The translations under genes and the position numbers were made by a program. DNA of 64,000 nt from Balanoglossus misakiensis (Eukaryota > Animalia > Hemichordata): assembly GCA_040954595.2 (NCBI GenBank), contig CM082581.2, positions 14,375,350-14,439,349 of the forward strand. Reading direction: 5' to 3'. Position 1 is the stretch's first letter. Each line of letters opens with the position of its first letter. This document shows, piece by piece, positions 1-13,500 of the stretch. Below the pieces are notes generated by a model that saw nothing but the letters and a program-made list of their open reading frames with translations, had not been told where the DNA came from and did no database searches.

Positions 1-524
1 TTTGGGTCTGGGTGACAGAGACTCCATGCATATTACAGATTGCACATCCAATAAAATTTACAGAGCATTAAGAGAAAACAACAAAATCATTTCTTTAAAA
101 TATATATTTACATTAAAAATGTAAATTAAATGAAAAAAATATATGTAATTATGTACATATCGGTAATTATCAATACTGCTGCAGACCAAGTACAGATAGT
201 GTGAATGATTACTGGCACAGTTGTCAAATACAACACAATTTTCACTAACCACCTCAAAATAGCACAGATACTTCTACATTGTAGGATGCTTGCAGGCAAT
301 CTTTTAATTTGAACATCCTTTTGCACAACGTCTGTAACATACCCAAACCATCATTACAAAAACATCTGAAGAGTTACAGCTCTTCGGGATGAGATGTATG
401 TGTCTTTGAGTTATAGATCTTCCTGCACTGGAAGATAGTTCATTTTGTATCACTGACTGACTGGAGACATGTGGTTTCTATACCATCATTAGCACATGGA
501 CTGGTACGATAGAATCTGTCAATC

Positions 525-617
525 TTAACCCTTTCACCACCATAGTTCAGTCAAAACCCATTGTTTTCTATGGTAAAGTTGGACCTCTATAGAGGAAACA
601 GGGGGTGAAAGGGTTAA
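525..617. mobile_element. TTAA-bounded ~93-bp MITE (piggyBac-like), copy 1
   Basis: TTAACCCTTTCACC...GGTGAAAGGGTTAA perfect terminal inverted repeat; internal core ATGGTAAAGTTGGACCT recurs elsewhere in the window. Confidence 0.8.
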
Positions 618-3600
618 TTTAGCTTGGTCAGTTTGGAGTAGTCCACCCTGCAGAACTCCCCAGTGTCCAGATTTTTGGCCATAACAGTGTTGGGGTCAGC
701 ATTTGGTGTACGGTGCTCTACCGTGATCCTCTTCAGGGTCACATCCTGAAATATTTTAGAAAGGGAATTAAAATGTTTAGTTGATTTAAGAATATAAATA
801 ATTAAAAATAATTTAAAAACAACAGCATATTTATCCCTATGATTCTGTGTACAAACACAAACATGACCATGTCTACCAGGATAAGCCTTAACATATTTCA
901 ACTAAATATCTTTGTCAAATTACTTTTTTCTTCATATCGAAGTTGCACTTCATTACCACGTGGCCCATACCACTATAAGAATAGGTAGGTCACATACCTG
1001 GAGGTATCTGACAGCTGCCGGGGTGATCAGTGCACACCCGGATAGGTAGATACAATCCAGCTGTGGACAGCTGTTTGCAATAGCCAGGACACTCTTGTCA
1101 GTCAGTCCATGGATACCGGAGAGAACAATATCTTCCAGCGGACAATTCCTGGCCAACGCACACACACCTTCATCTGTGATCTGTGCAAGAGATTTCAACC
1201 AGGTCATTAAGGCTTTGGTATACTCACTAACACAATAATGACATAGTCATGACAGATTCTCAAGTATGTGTCTTGGTCATAAAATTTTAACACTTTCACC
1301 CCGTTTCCCTTTTAGAGGTCCAACTTTACCATAAAAAACAATGGATTTGGACCAAACCATACTGGTGAAAGGGATAATACTAAATGTCTGTGTCACAAGA
1401 CAGAATGGTTTTCATTGTTATTAAAGTATGATAACACACCTTATAACCCCTTACAAATAAATTGATCATTACAATAATGAATCACTAATTTTCCGAACTA
1501 AATATTGAATGTCAAACAACCATGTCTTTCAAGTATGTCATCTTGCAAAATCAAACAGAAAGATGATGCATCAGTAGCCTCACCTCTTTGCAAGTCTTGA
1601 AATTGACCATTTTCAGTCGATGACAGTTAGCTGCCAGCGTCTGCAGGATACCATCATTGATACACACAACCCCAGCCACGGCAAACCACTCAAGATTGGT
1701 ACAGGACTCAGCTATGGCCAATACAACTTCGTAAGTCAACTACCAATAAAAAAGTAAACATGTCATTTATGACAACAAAGATACAAAGAAATCAATTAGC
1801 AGGATAATTAAAGACAAAAAGCTACCGATTATATATCATATTTACATGGGAAACCTCCAAATTGAAAAAAAAGGATTAATATATCCAGTTAACATTTACT
1901 TGGAAATGACTGCTGCAGTTTACTCAAAAACTGGTGATGTCACTGAAAATCCAAAGTGTTTGTTTCTCATTGGCAGAATGAGGTACAAGTTTACCCAAGG
2001 TTCCTTCTAACTTACCGCTCTACATCCACTGCAAACCAATGTTGTAATATTCTGAGCTCTCTTCTTATCTTCTAAGAGTGGATAGAGCGTGTATCCCGTG
2101 ACTTGTGTACAGAATGACAGAGCTAGGGACTCAAGAGATTTGCAGTGGTTCACCATGGATCTCAGAATGTCGTCTGTCACCACGCCACCACAGCCATTGA
2201 AATCCACCAACTCCAACTGATGTCCTATTGCACTGAATATCTGAAATGCAACAGTGTGGGATACATTTTTTAGTCTTCTTATAAACTGCCACTCTTTAAA
2301 AATAAATACATATCACCTCACATTAGCATGAGGCCAACACTGTGATATATCTGAATTATCTCAACCATACTGTTGAACTATTGGCTTTTATTTCTTTGTC
2401 CTTGAGAGTATTTTAGGAAAGTTTCATGGTTTACAGTACATCATGACATGAGTATGTACATCATTTATACAATCATGACCTTACACAACTTCACTGACAG
2501 AAAACACATATACCAACCTTTTCCATGTTTGATTCTGTCAAGGAATCGATTCCGCACAATTTCAGCTTCTTCAGCTGGATCAACCTGCAAAGTGCATCTG
2601 GCAGAGTCTCACCATTCACTTGTGTACCACACAGTGACAAATCCTGTAGACTGCTTGGAAGATGCAGTAATCCCTCACTGTCTGATGATGTCGAAGCTTT
2701 GTAACAGTATGACAGGTCGAGTTGCTGCAACTGTCTGCAGTTGTCACCCAGCTGAGGAAATGCAAACGATGCAGAGTCGTGTCATTGTGACTAGATGACA
2801 ACTTTTTGTTATATACAAAATATAACAATGTCTGTGTGACTTAAAATAGAAGCAGATTCAAAGCAACTGGAAATATGGCAACAATCTCTACAGACATACA
2901 CAGTCATTATTGTGATGCATTGCTTCAATGTAGCCAATCCTTATCATTTTCCTGTATATTTAAGGAATCATCTTCATTATAAGAAACATGAAGGTGAAAC
3001 CAAAGTTCAGTGGTGACAAAAAATGGCGAGTGCCAACATGTATTTCTAAGGACCTACCTGTTTGAGAGCTTCTTTTGTAATTCTGTTACAACCATGAAGA
3101 AATAACCTGAGGATATCAGAAGAAAATTTTCATTAGCTGTGATGTGAGCTACAAAGGCATTCTATTATCAATGCCATGTGGCTTACTATGAAAATGACTT
3201 GGTAACCAGTATGCACACAGTAAATAGGCTGTTACTGGTTGTAGAAAGAAAAGCACACTTACTTTTTCAGATTATTACAGTTCTGTGCCAACAATGACAT
3301 GCTTGCATCACTTAAATCATAAAGACCACTGATGTCAAGTGTTTCCTGGAAGATTAAAGTAAAAAAAAATGTTCCTTGTTACAAACTCAAAGCGAACTCT
3401 TTAGGAGTTGTGTGTGAGATATAAAGTGTAAAGCAATGGAGTGCGCCATGATTTCAACATGGCTGAAATCTAAGCTGTCAACAAAGTAAGACAGCTGAGT
3501 AACAGAACTTACAACAGCACTGCAGACTGAGCAATATAACCAGTTTGGTTGATTTGCCACGGAAACAAGTACATTAACATACTCATGAAAAACCCAAAAC

Positions 3601-4491
3601 TTCACACTGGGCAGTTTACATGACAACATCTCTCTGAATAGTGGAAAGACCAGGGTTTTTGAATATGGGTTGGACTAACCAAGTTTGGCCCAAGAGCCTG
3701 TCCAACCTGACCGGCCAACTCGCCACTCAGCTTGGCACAGAACGGAATGATCAGCGTGGATATGCTTGGGTTGTTGGTCACCAGCGACAGCACACACTTG
3801 TTTTCCAGCTTGGAACACTGCCTCAGGTCCACGTGTTTCAGCACGGGCGATGCAACGTGCTGAAGACCGTGACAAGTCAAGTGGGTGAGTTTGCGAAGTT
3901 CAAGTGTGTGCAGCTCGTCTTGCTCAGACACAATGGCTTTGATTCCTGCATCTGTCAAATTAGAACGTACAACGTCTACATTACCTTAAAAGGACTATGT
4001 CAAACTATACAGTGACTGGACAGGCCCTTATTGTGTATTGAGTACATAAGATATGGTCATAAACTTTTTGGGTGAAACACCATGCTTGACATAATTATTC
4101 ACCAGTAACCAGATTTTGTACTTGCAAGTCTGTAATACAAGGAGACTATAAATCATGACATGCATTATAAAACCAGTACAACACTTTTACCTGTGACTTC
4201 AGTACATCCATGAATTGTAATAGATTCCAGTTTGCATCCTATCCTACCAATGTTTTTCAGCAGTGAATCAGTGACTTGCAAACATTTGTAAAAGATGATT
4301 TTTTTCAGAGATGGCGAAAGTAAATGGTAACTGATATGTGGGAGGTACTCCTGAGTTAGTTTGTCATGGTATGCCAGCCTCTCAAGAAGGATTTCTTTGT
4401 AGACTGTCGGAAGATACATGCCGACTCTGCTGATGGTGTGGAGGTTGTTGGCAATGCATTCCAGGCAGACATCTGACAGTTTCTTTGCCAT
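614..4491 (-). CDS. Cysteine-containing LRR protein (AMN1/FBXL-like), 9 coding exons
   Basis: Phase-consistent GT-AG exons 4491-4191, 3951-3680, 3345-3263, 3106-3058, 2751-2518, 2240-2016, 1739-1584, 1180-998, 745-614 (TAA). Repeated LxxLxLxxCxxITD units (LESITIHGCTEVTD, LKHVDLRQCSKLEN, LESLALSFCTQVTG, LDCIYLSGCALITP). N-terminus MAKKLSDVCLECIANNL resembles a BC-box-type helix; no clear F-box. Confidence 0.85.
1287..1377. mobile_element. TTAA MITE, copy 2 (opposite orientation, intronic)
   Basis: TTAACACTTTCACC...AGAGGTCCAACTTTACCAT...GGTGAAAGGGATAA. Confidence 0.75.
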
Positions 4492-4655
4492 TTTGTCTCA
4501 CTGACTTTAATTTTAATCTGTGAAATGAACAGTACACAAGAATGTTGTGATGTCACAATGATTACGGTACAGTAGAGTAGGCATTACATTGACAGAATTA
4601 ACTAAGTAAACAGTTGATTTACTGATAAAAGTGATCACTATAAAGATAAGCTTTC

Positions 4656-4751
4656 TTAACCATTTCAACCCCTCTTTCCGTGTATAAAGGTCCAGCACTG
4701 CTATTGAAAACATTAGGGTTGGACAAAACCATGGTGGTGTGGCAGGGTTAA
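4656..4751. mobile_element. TTAA MITE, copy 3 (diverged)
   Basis: TTAACCATTTCAACC...AAGGTCCAGCAC...TTGGACAAAACCATGGTGGTGTGGCAGGGTTAA. Confidence 0.65.
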
Positions 4752-5013
4752 GCGTATACCTTGCTTACCTTGTGGACCTGGAACAACTCTAAAAGTGCAG
4801 GAGAACATGACAAGCGGGCTAAATATATTTGACTGTCTGGTGTGACTATTTTTAGCCCATGAGTGATGCTTCTTGACAACAGGACCACTCAAGCCTGCCC
4901 CAGTCAACAATGAATGTGGGCGTGGTCAGCTGGATTTGTTTGTAAACGATCGAAACAATGTGGGCACTCCCCAGACTACCAAAAAGGAGTCCATGATCTC
5001 TAAAACCCTGTAC

Positions 5014-5702
5014 CTTTTCGATAATGTTATTCGCGAACGTTTAACTTCACTCTGAAAGCATTTTCTGGCCAATTATTTTACATCTCGACCAGCACCAGGG
5101 CGCAGCCATCTTTACTTTAGACGATTTCATTGTCATGCATGGGGGCGACTTGCTTTGGAGATGTCAAGGTTGGGTGCCTTGCAAGTAGTGAACGAAATGA
5201 AGACGTAGCGTTGTGTTTCATCCATTAGTGTGCAATAAATCATAGGCAGTAGAATAAATGAATAAATGTATTGCCTCAAGTGAATGAGTGGATCTGGTGT
5301 AGGAACTATACAAACTGACTCCGCGTCACTCCGAAACGTAGTATGACCCAAATAACGCCCTCTATCGCTCACTTGATTCCCTTTCCTGAATTTTCAGTCA
5401 GCGTGTGTACATGCGACAACTTGGACAAGATAGATCTGATCATCCTGCAGTAAGTGTTTTAATGAAATCGTTTATGCGTGTAGGCTATAGTTTATTTATT
5501 AAACCAGCGATGAAACGCCGGGAGCATGCACACAGACCTGTACGCAGGGTTACACTACAGGAAGGGGTACACGTACACAGCTAGGCTACAGGGATACCTA
5601 GCCAACTAAGTACCAGCTGTAACAATTTACCAATTCGATGGATTTTGTTCGTTCACAGAATACAGAGACTAGATTTTGGTGGCTAGGAATCAGACACTGT
5701 AG
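5014..5702. promoter_or_regulatory. Bidirectional promoter / 5' UTR exons of the LRR gene (-) and PUS1 (+)
   Basis: Head-to-head genes; CpG-richer segment; YY1-like GGGCGCAGCCATCTT at 5098-5112; candidate UTR donors at ~5013 (minus, AG|GTACAG) and ~5450 (plus, CA|GTAAGT). Confidence 0.55.
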
Positions 5703-8700
5703 ATGGTAGTTCCAAGACTGGGTCATCGGCTGGTGTCACGTTTGAGGTCATTATTGGGACAAAGGTGGAAGAGGATGGCAGAGTCAGCAACAGAATCACC
5801 TTCTGGTCTGGCAGAAAAGAGAGCTGCTGACAGCACAGACAGTGATTCAGCGCCCAAGAAAATTAAACTTGAAGAGGTATTAAGAGTACATTGTCAGTTG
5901 TGTATATATCCCAGTTTATTTTTCATACATAGTACATACATTGATCTTTAGCTCTTTGGCATATGTTCCATTTGTCATTTCAAAAGTACACCCTCGTGGG
6001 AATCTACACCCTTGTGAGAATCTAATTTAATCCTGTCTCTCATACCAGAGTACTGGGTCAGCAAATACTGGTTCTGTGGCTGCAGAAGGTGGTGGCGAAC
6101 AGAAGAAAATCCCCAAGAGGAAAGTGGCTATCCTCTTGTCATACAGTGGCAAAGATTACAATGGAATGCAAAGGTAATGAGCCATCATGTTAGTTTCACA
6201 GGACCGTGCAGTTACTAGATGTTCGCTTCTTTTTGTATGAGAAGTGTGAGTATTTTGAGGGTTAGGATACGGTGATGTACTCATTCTGTCTGTATTGTAC
6301 AGTTGAACATCCTGAACAATTTGTCCACAGTTCTGTTGACACAGAACTTCAAAATGAGAGCTAATCAATGAATCCCTTCTAAATGCATTAATTAGAGGTG
6401 TGTATATAGTGCAGTTGTTTGCAAACTTGATTCTGCACGAAATGAACCATGGCCGCCCTTTATGTTCAAACGGCGATTTTCTTTTGTTTTCAGGAATAAA
6501 GGGGTCCGTACAATTGAAGAGGATCTGTTGTCAGCCCTGGTGGCAATAGAGGCAGTTCCGCAAAACCATGCAGACATCCCCCAGAAAATGCAGTTTCAGA
6601 GATGTGCACGCACAGACAAGGGTGTGTCTGCAGTCAGGCAGATAGTCTCGTTGAAAATGGCACTGATTGAAAACGCAGCTGAGAAAATCAATGAGAAGTT
6701 ACCAGCAGTCATCAGAGTTATTGGTGAGAAAACTACCAATCTATTCTCATCTCCCACAATTTTCAAGTATACATGTATACAGCTTGGTTAGGTCCAAAAT
6801 TGGCTGGCAGTAGGGTAACACTGACTTGATTTTTGCATCATTGTAGTTTGGTAAGATTGTCAATGCGTAAATGAAACCCTGTCTGATCCAGATAACTTTC
6901 TCGTAATAGAACAGACCCTTTCATGTAGGATGCAATGTTAAAGGTCAAATTCAGTGATAGTATACTTTTGTTGGTGACTTTTAGGTATTAAACGTGTGAC
7001 TGGTGGTTTTAATGCCAAAAACGCTTGCAGTCACAGAACGTATTCTTACATGCTGCCGACGTTTTCGTTTGCATCGGGTGAACAACACATGAGAGAAAAT
7101 TACAGAATAACAGGTTAGTATACATACATAAACTTCTGTGTAGGTTTGCCTTTATTGAATTGCATGAGTTGAAGTGTTGCAGGTAATTGGTGTACAATTA
7201 TGTGTATGATCTACCAAAATGTAAGATTTTTTTAACAGTTTTCCTCGGATCAATATTTTCACATTTTTTTATCCAACTTTGTGTTTTAGATGATGTCCAT
7301 GACCAAGTTCAGAATCTTTTGAATTGCTATAAAGGAACTCATAATTTTCATAATTTCACATCAGGAAAGTAAGTGATAATTTAAGTTATTTTACAGAAAA
7401 ATACAGAGAAATGATGGAAAATTGCTGGGAGAAAAGTTGTACATGCATCCATGTAGTACCGTGTTTATCACTATAACCAGTAATCGCGTTTGCAATGTAT
7501 CATTTCCAGTTTTCTTGGATTCTGTGCTTTGTATAGCTGCAGCGTGATGCTCAAAGTCTCGCCACGTCAGAAGGTGACTCTGCTGGTACTGTTTGATTAA
7601 ATGTTTGAACCATCTCTTTGAACCGACAGGGCTTTCAACGAGCAGAGTGCATTCAGGTTCATGAAGGAATTACAACTCAGTAAGGCATTTGTCCGGAATG
7701 GTGTTGAATTTGTTGTCATCACCATAGTTGGCCAAAGTTTCATGATTCACCAGATAAGGAAGATGATAGGTAAGCCTGCCCTTGTGTGTTAAGTTTGAAA
7801 GCTTATTTTGTTTACCTCAAACCTAAAGATTTTCATTATTATTTGATGTGTTATGTTTTTTCTTGATTTCAAATGTAAGAATAGCAAAGTCTTCCATGGT
7901 AAAGTATATGCTATTCTCCTTTTACTGTGACAGGTCTGGTCATAGCTATTACAAAGGGTGTGGCACCGAGGGACACATTAGATAGATGCTGGGGCGACAG
8001 CAAGATGGACATACCCAAAGCACCATCACTCGGACTGATGTTGGAAAATGTAAGTGACTGATGACAACAAATCAAACTTTGTAAGTTTTAACCCTAGAAA
8101 TGATGATGGCAACGTCTTAATAGTTATGATGAATTTCCACTGAAAAATTAGTTGATGAATTCTTTTTCTCGAGATGATTATGACAGCTGGTTGCAGAGTC
8201 ACATCCTTTATGGTAATTCATGCAAAGGAGTGGAATATTGACTTTTAAGTGGCGCATGACAATGGAATTGAGGATTTGGTTCATTAAGCATGTTTAAATA
8301 CTATTGCAGGTACATTTTGATCAGTACAACAAAAGATATGGTAATGATGGAATGCATGAAGCCTTACTATGGGAAGACATGGAGGTATTCTTCAATACTT
8401 TTCCCAATTTCAGCTTTATCATACAACATGTCCAGTGTATGAGTATACATGTATGTTGAAAACCTTGAGACCTGTGGACAGCACTGGTGTCTTTACAAAT
8501 TTTGCAAGTCCTGTAACGATGCTTGTATTACACCCTGTTACATCGACTAATCATGGCTTATTGCAGACATGTGCTGTAATCCATCTATGGCTTCCTTGCT
8601 TGTTTATGCGAAATTTATGCTCAGGTGTAATTACATGGGAAAACAGCACCTGTATTGAGGGGTGGGTGAATTTATTCTGATTATCAACTTTCGCCTACTA

Positions 8701-9921
8701 AACCACGGTTCACCTACTGACCAAATCTCCAGGTTCACACATTTCTGGCCTTGTCTGTACTATTCCGAAGACTAGTTTATTCCCTGACTAGACTAACCCT
8801 AACCCTAACCCTGCCCTTTACATCAAAGGTTTAGCTAGTTGCAACCATGTTCAATGTTCAGTTGTGTTTCGGCTTTGTGGTTATCTTCTGAAACCAAATA
8901 CTGTTCAGATCATACATTATTGTGTTATGAAGTAAATGTCAGGACTACTTATCTCTATGTATTTCCTTTACCCAAATTATCTTGTTTCTTTCCCCAGAAC
9001 ATTATTATCAGCTTCAAAGAAGACCAAATCTACCCAACCATTGTAGAAACTGAAATCAAAGAAAAATCGTATCCTTTTATGCATAACACTGGGAATACAG
9101 AAATGGCACTGAAAATCCCTTTGAATTAGCTTCATGCTTATTTTTTAAATGCTGTCATAATTTCGATTTCTGGTGCAAGTAGCATTAGCAGTGCAAGGGA
9201 TGCCGTCTTGAATTTTGGTATACAGACATAAATAGTGTTCCCATGGTACGCCCTTAACTGGACTCCAAGCATGATGAAGTGGCTGACTTCATTGCCCCTG
9301 CACACATATGATGTCAGAAACTCATACCAAGTTCCTCAGGGATTGGTGCAGCTTGCCGCCAAGAAAACTGAAGAGCAGGAAAGTCTTGACAGAACTTACC
9401 CTTGCTGGTTTAAGGTAGTAAATGCTTCGAGGACAGATTTTCAGGAAAATTATAGTCCTCCAAATCTTTCAATTCTTTGCCTTGGTCACTTACCATTGCG
9501 TTCTCTTGGAGATTTCCTTGTGGGCAGGAAGCTGGGATTCATTGAGCGCGATGATTCGTTTAGAAGGAACACTGAGATCGTGTCTGATTGTTTCTTGTAG
9601 ATGGAAGCTCATGATGGCAGAGAAGAGGAAAAACCCAAACAGGAAATGACAACGGGAAAGGATAATGGTGAAATGAAGAAAGAGAACACAAATACACCCC
9701 CTCTAGGGGATAATGCTGAAACGAGAGAAGTAGGCAACAACAAACAAACTGAGGAGGTGACTGTAACAACAGCAACAGATGGAAACGAGACGAAAGCAGC
9801 AACTCGTACAAAAACTGTGACTGAAAATGTTGTCATGGAAAAAAATAACTGCCAGACAAATGATCAGAAAACAGAGAGCAATATTTCCAATTCTGATGAA
9901 ATGACTGATACTGCTTTGTAG
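5703..9921 (+). CDS. PUS1: tRNA pseudouridine synthase 1 (TruA family), 11 coding exons
   Basis: Exons 5703-5876, 6049-6173, 6494-6723, 6985-7113, 7290-7368, 7630-7769, 7934-8049, 8310-8384, 8998-9068, 9270-9414, 9601-9921. Motifs [21 protein letters not shown], catalytic [53 protein letters not shown]. Confidence 0.95.
8793..8812. repeat. Short interstitial (CTAACC)3 telomere-like tract in a PUS1 intron
   Basis: ctaaccctaaccctaaccct. Confidence 0.6.
9069..9269 (+). other. U12-type (minor spliceosome) GT-AG intron in PUS1
   Basis: 5' site GTATCCTTTT, branch site CCTTAAC at 9252-9258 about 10 nt before the AG, no polypyrimidine tract; splicing restores [16 protein letters not shown]. Confidence 0.9.
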
Positions 9922-10566
9922 CTATCAGACCATCCGATAAAAAGAGACAAATATATCTCAGAGTGATTTTTTTCAGGAATTTGTGAAATAGTTTGGCCAG
10001 TTCATCCATACATGACCAAATTTGTCCTCTGTATGTATCTAACAATTAGACAAATGCTTCCTTCTGACTGGATGTAACATGGAACTTTTTTTGAAAAATG
10101 TAATAAAACCTACAGAAAGATTTGTTTACATTACAAAACTTTGATTATCTTGATTATTTAGTATCAGACCCATAAACCATGTGTTAGCCCCCACCCCCAC
10201 CCCCACCAGGTGGAACCCATAATGGGGACTTTGAGCTCAGGATCTGTCTGTCTGCCCACAGGGGGGCACTCCCTCCGCGCTTTTATCGTGTGTGTGTGTT
10301 TGTTGTTATTGATTGGCATAATGTAGATATGAGAGTGAGAAACTCTCCTCTTTGTTTGTCATTCTTATACAGCATACAATAATGCTTACAAATGTTTATA
10401 CCAGTAAATATCAATATTATTTCCAAGGAAGCTCCAAACATTGTGGCATCACCAAGCAATAATGAATGAACAAATGCACACCAGGGAACCTGTCTCCACT
10501 CATAATAAAGTTGTTTCTTTTTTACTTAAATTTGGTAGGTGAAATATTTGAATATTGAAATCAAAG

Positions 10567-13500
10567 TTAAACATTTCCTTCCCATATATCTTCTTTCTGC
10601 TTTTTCACTTCTCGTTTCTTTTCTGTGATAAAAAAAATGTAGAAGATTTCATTACAGATTAATACGGTGAATGAAAATATCATTGTTGCCACCACCATTA
10701 TTATTATCATCATCATCATCATCATCATCATCACCACCACCACCATCATCATATGCATCCTTGATTACATCTGGGTGATTATATAATATACCAGAGTACG
10801 GTACAAGATAAGAGGAAATCACAAGCTAAAACTTGAATACAACTACCAACCTTTAGCCTGTTTAATTTTTTTTTTCTCTGCATCTCGTTTCTCCCTTGAT
10901 ACACTGGACTGGATTCCAAGGGCACTGCTGACTAGTCTCCGTGCTGTCAAACCAACCAAAAAGATTTTCAGTCTCAATCAAACGGGTTATGGACTTTCTC
11001 AGTCTGGGAAAACTTTCAAGTCTATTTGCTGTAATTTGGTTAGGGTTGTGTTTTTTATTCAGCTCTAATGTCAACAATAGTACATGTATGCCGACAATAC
11101 ACGTCAACACACAATTGTTGACAACAAATTTTGTTTTGAGATTAATATGAAGTAGCAATTTAGCAGCCACATGTTAAATGTCACAGCTGAATGATGAATC
11201 TGTGTGTTTTGATATTCATGGACAGCCATATCAGACATACATAGTAAATGCCAGGATGTAAAGCCATCAACAGCAGCATGTACAACAATAGGGGCATCTA
11301 TATTACCTGCCATGGCACTAGTCTGGGGTCTTGCCTTGTAGGGCTGCAAGAATTCTACACTCTTCCTTGCTTTCTGTTTGGCCTCTCTCGATGCCATCAT
11401 TATCGGACGGGTCTTCAACATTGGATGGCGAGTGTCCAGTGCATCATTGGCTGCAGGAGGGGAGGGGATCAAGGGGAGATATATAACCCAAAGCTCAAAT
11501 GTAAAATGGTAAACACGAGACCATGAAATAAAACATGTCTGTTTTGACTGTCTGTGTTTGAGGATCATTATTCAGCCTCCTAATGCAAGGTGCATGGTAT
11601 GCCCACATGCATATTCGAATATTCAACACTATCCCCTGATACTATCAAACAACAGAACAGAATAATCCACTAGCAACGCTTATACCGTACTTACCAGCTA
11701 TTTGACTTGAAAATACTGCTAAGGCGTGTGTATCATCTACCCATTTAATATCAAATCCCTGGGATCTATAACAAAGATGTGTTTTTTCGGTGAAATTTGT
11801 TCTTTAAAAGTACAATTTTCATTTCATATTACATTTTTATAGAAGTTAAACATGACACATCTTCAGTCTGTATGGAATATCCGATTCTTCAACCAACATT
11901 TGTTTAGCAAATGTATAAAATCTCCATTCTCAGAGCCACAGCATTCCAGATGTCAGTCATGTCTTTCTGAGACTGTATCTTTGTAGACATGTGGAGAAAT
12001 TTTTCACCAACTAATGCCTAAACTCAAGACGGGGCACTGCATGCCAACAAAAAGCTAATATGTTACTCACTGGAACTGATGGAAAGCCATGACGAGATCT
12101 TGTGTCTTGAACTCCGCAGGAAAATCGAACACTTCAATCACATGACCAAAGTCTGTATCACAAAAGGAATTTTTTTTAGAAAATTGATTGTCAACTGTAC
12201 TCATTGCAGTGTTCATCAGTTGTTGATGTGAAATTGAATACAATATTGGCAACATTCTAATTACGGTAGTAACTTTGCATAAAGTTTACATGTTATTGAA
12301 TTCTATTCTCCATCTGGCATTGAAACACACCACTAGCAATAGCAAAGTTTTGTAATAACAGAATGAGAACTTGTATCTGTTACAAACACATATACAAATA
12401 GAAAAAATGTGTAAAAAAATGTTATCCTTACCAGAATAGTCAAAGTTATCTTTGGGCTGATAGTTGTAATAGTCAAATTCTGGCTTCTGTACAATGATTT
12501 TCTTCTTTTTAGGTTTCTTTACTTCTTTGGAGAGCTGCACATGATTGTAGAAAATAAGAAAAAACAAACAAAGAATGGTAGAACAACAGAAACTCCCTCA
12601 GAAAATTTAAGTTGTAGATGTCGAAATTCACTATAACATGTCAGTGTACCAGAGGAAGTAAATGTACCTCTTTCGTAAGGTCTTCATTCAAACACTCTCC
12701 GCTGTCATCAAACATTGCATCCCAGGAGGAGTCCTCCTCCCCTTCCTCTACAGCAACATGTTGGCAGTCACTCCTTTCTGTGGGATTAGCATTTTCCAGA
12801 CCGCCAGCATTTCTGACATTTCCAGGAGCATCACATAGAACTGATGATTGGGACTGTACTTGTGAAGTCTCTTCCGTGGTATCAAGTTGCAGAGTCTCAA
12901 GTCCTTCACACACACCGACTTCCACCTCTGAAAACTTAGATCCTTGCGACACTGATTCAGGTGAGTTGACCTTTGAACTTTCAATGTTTGTTGTGTTTTG
13001 TGACATTCCTGATGGCTGATCACTTTCCCCCAAGACTTCACATTTTCCCTTACTTTCATTTTCCCACACTGCTTTATCATAACCACTCGTTTCTGTTCTT
13101 CTTAATAAATCTGCTTTAGTTGTTTTTGTTCCAACAGTATGCGGGTAAACTGCTTTTGGAATAATTGCATCTGATGTGATGTCATCTTCCTTGGATTGAG
13201 AACTGACATCAACAGCCTCATCACATTTCACACTGTCTTCGATTATTTCCTGACACCCATCCCTCTCTGTGTCTTTGTTTTCTCTCGACTGATGATCAAT
13301 ATTTTCCCTTTCCTCCTGCATCTCCTGTCTTTCAATATTTTCTGAGTTTGCCATAACATCCTCACTTCCATAAGTCCTGATTCCAGTGACAGTAGTCCCA
13401 GTAAGACTTCTATTCCCAACTTCAACATCCGGCATCTGCATTTCAATATCCTTTCCCGCAACCTCATTTACAACGGAAGCAATATCCAGTGGTGTATTTT

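Noticed and set aside
8702-8838. Telomeric repeat as evidence of a chromosome fusion or end
   Set aside because: Only about three units; more likely a degraded repeat-element remnant.
10567-10758. ORF with poly-Met
   Set aside because: Translation of an intronic (CAT)n microsatellite; only 10622-10567 is exon.
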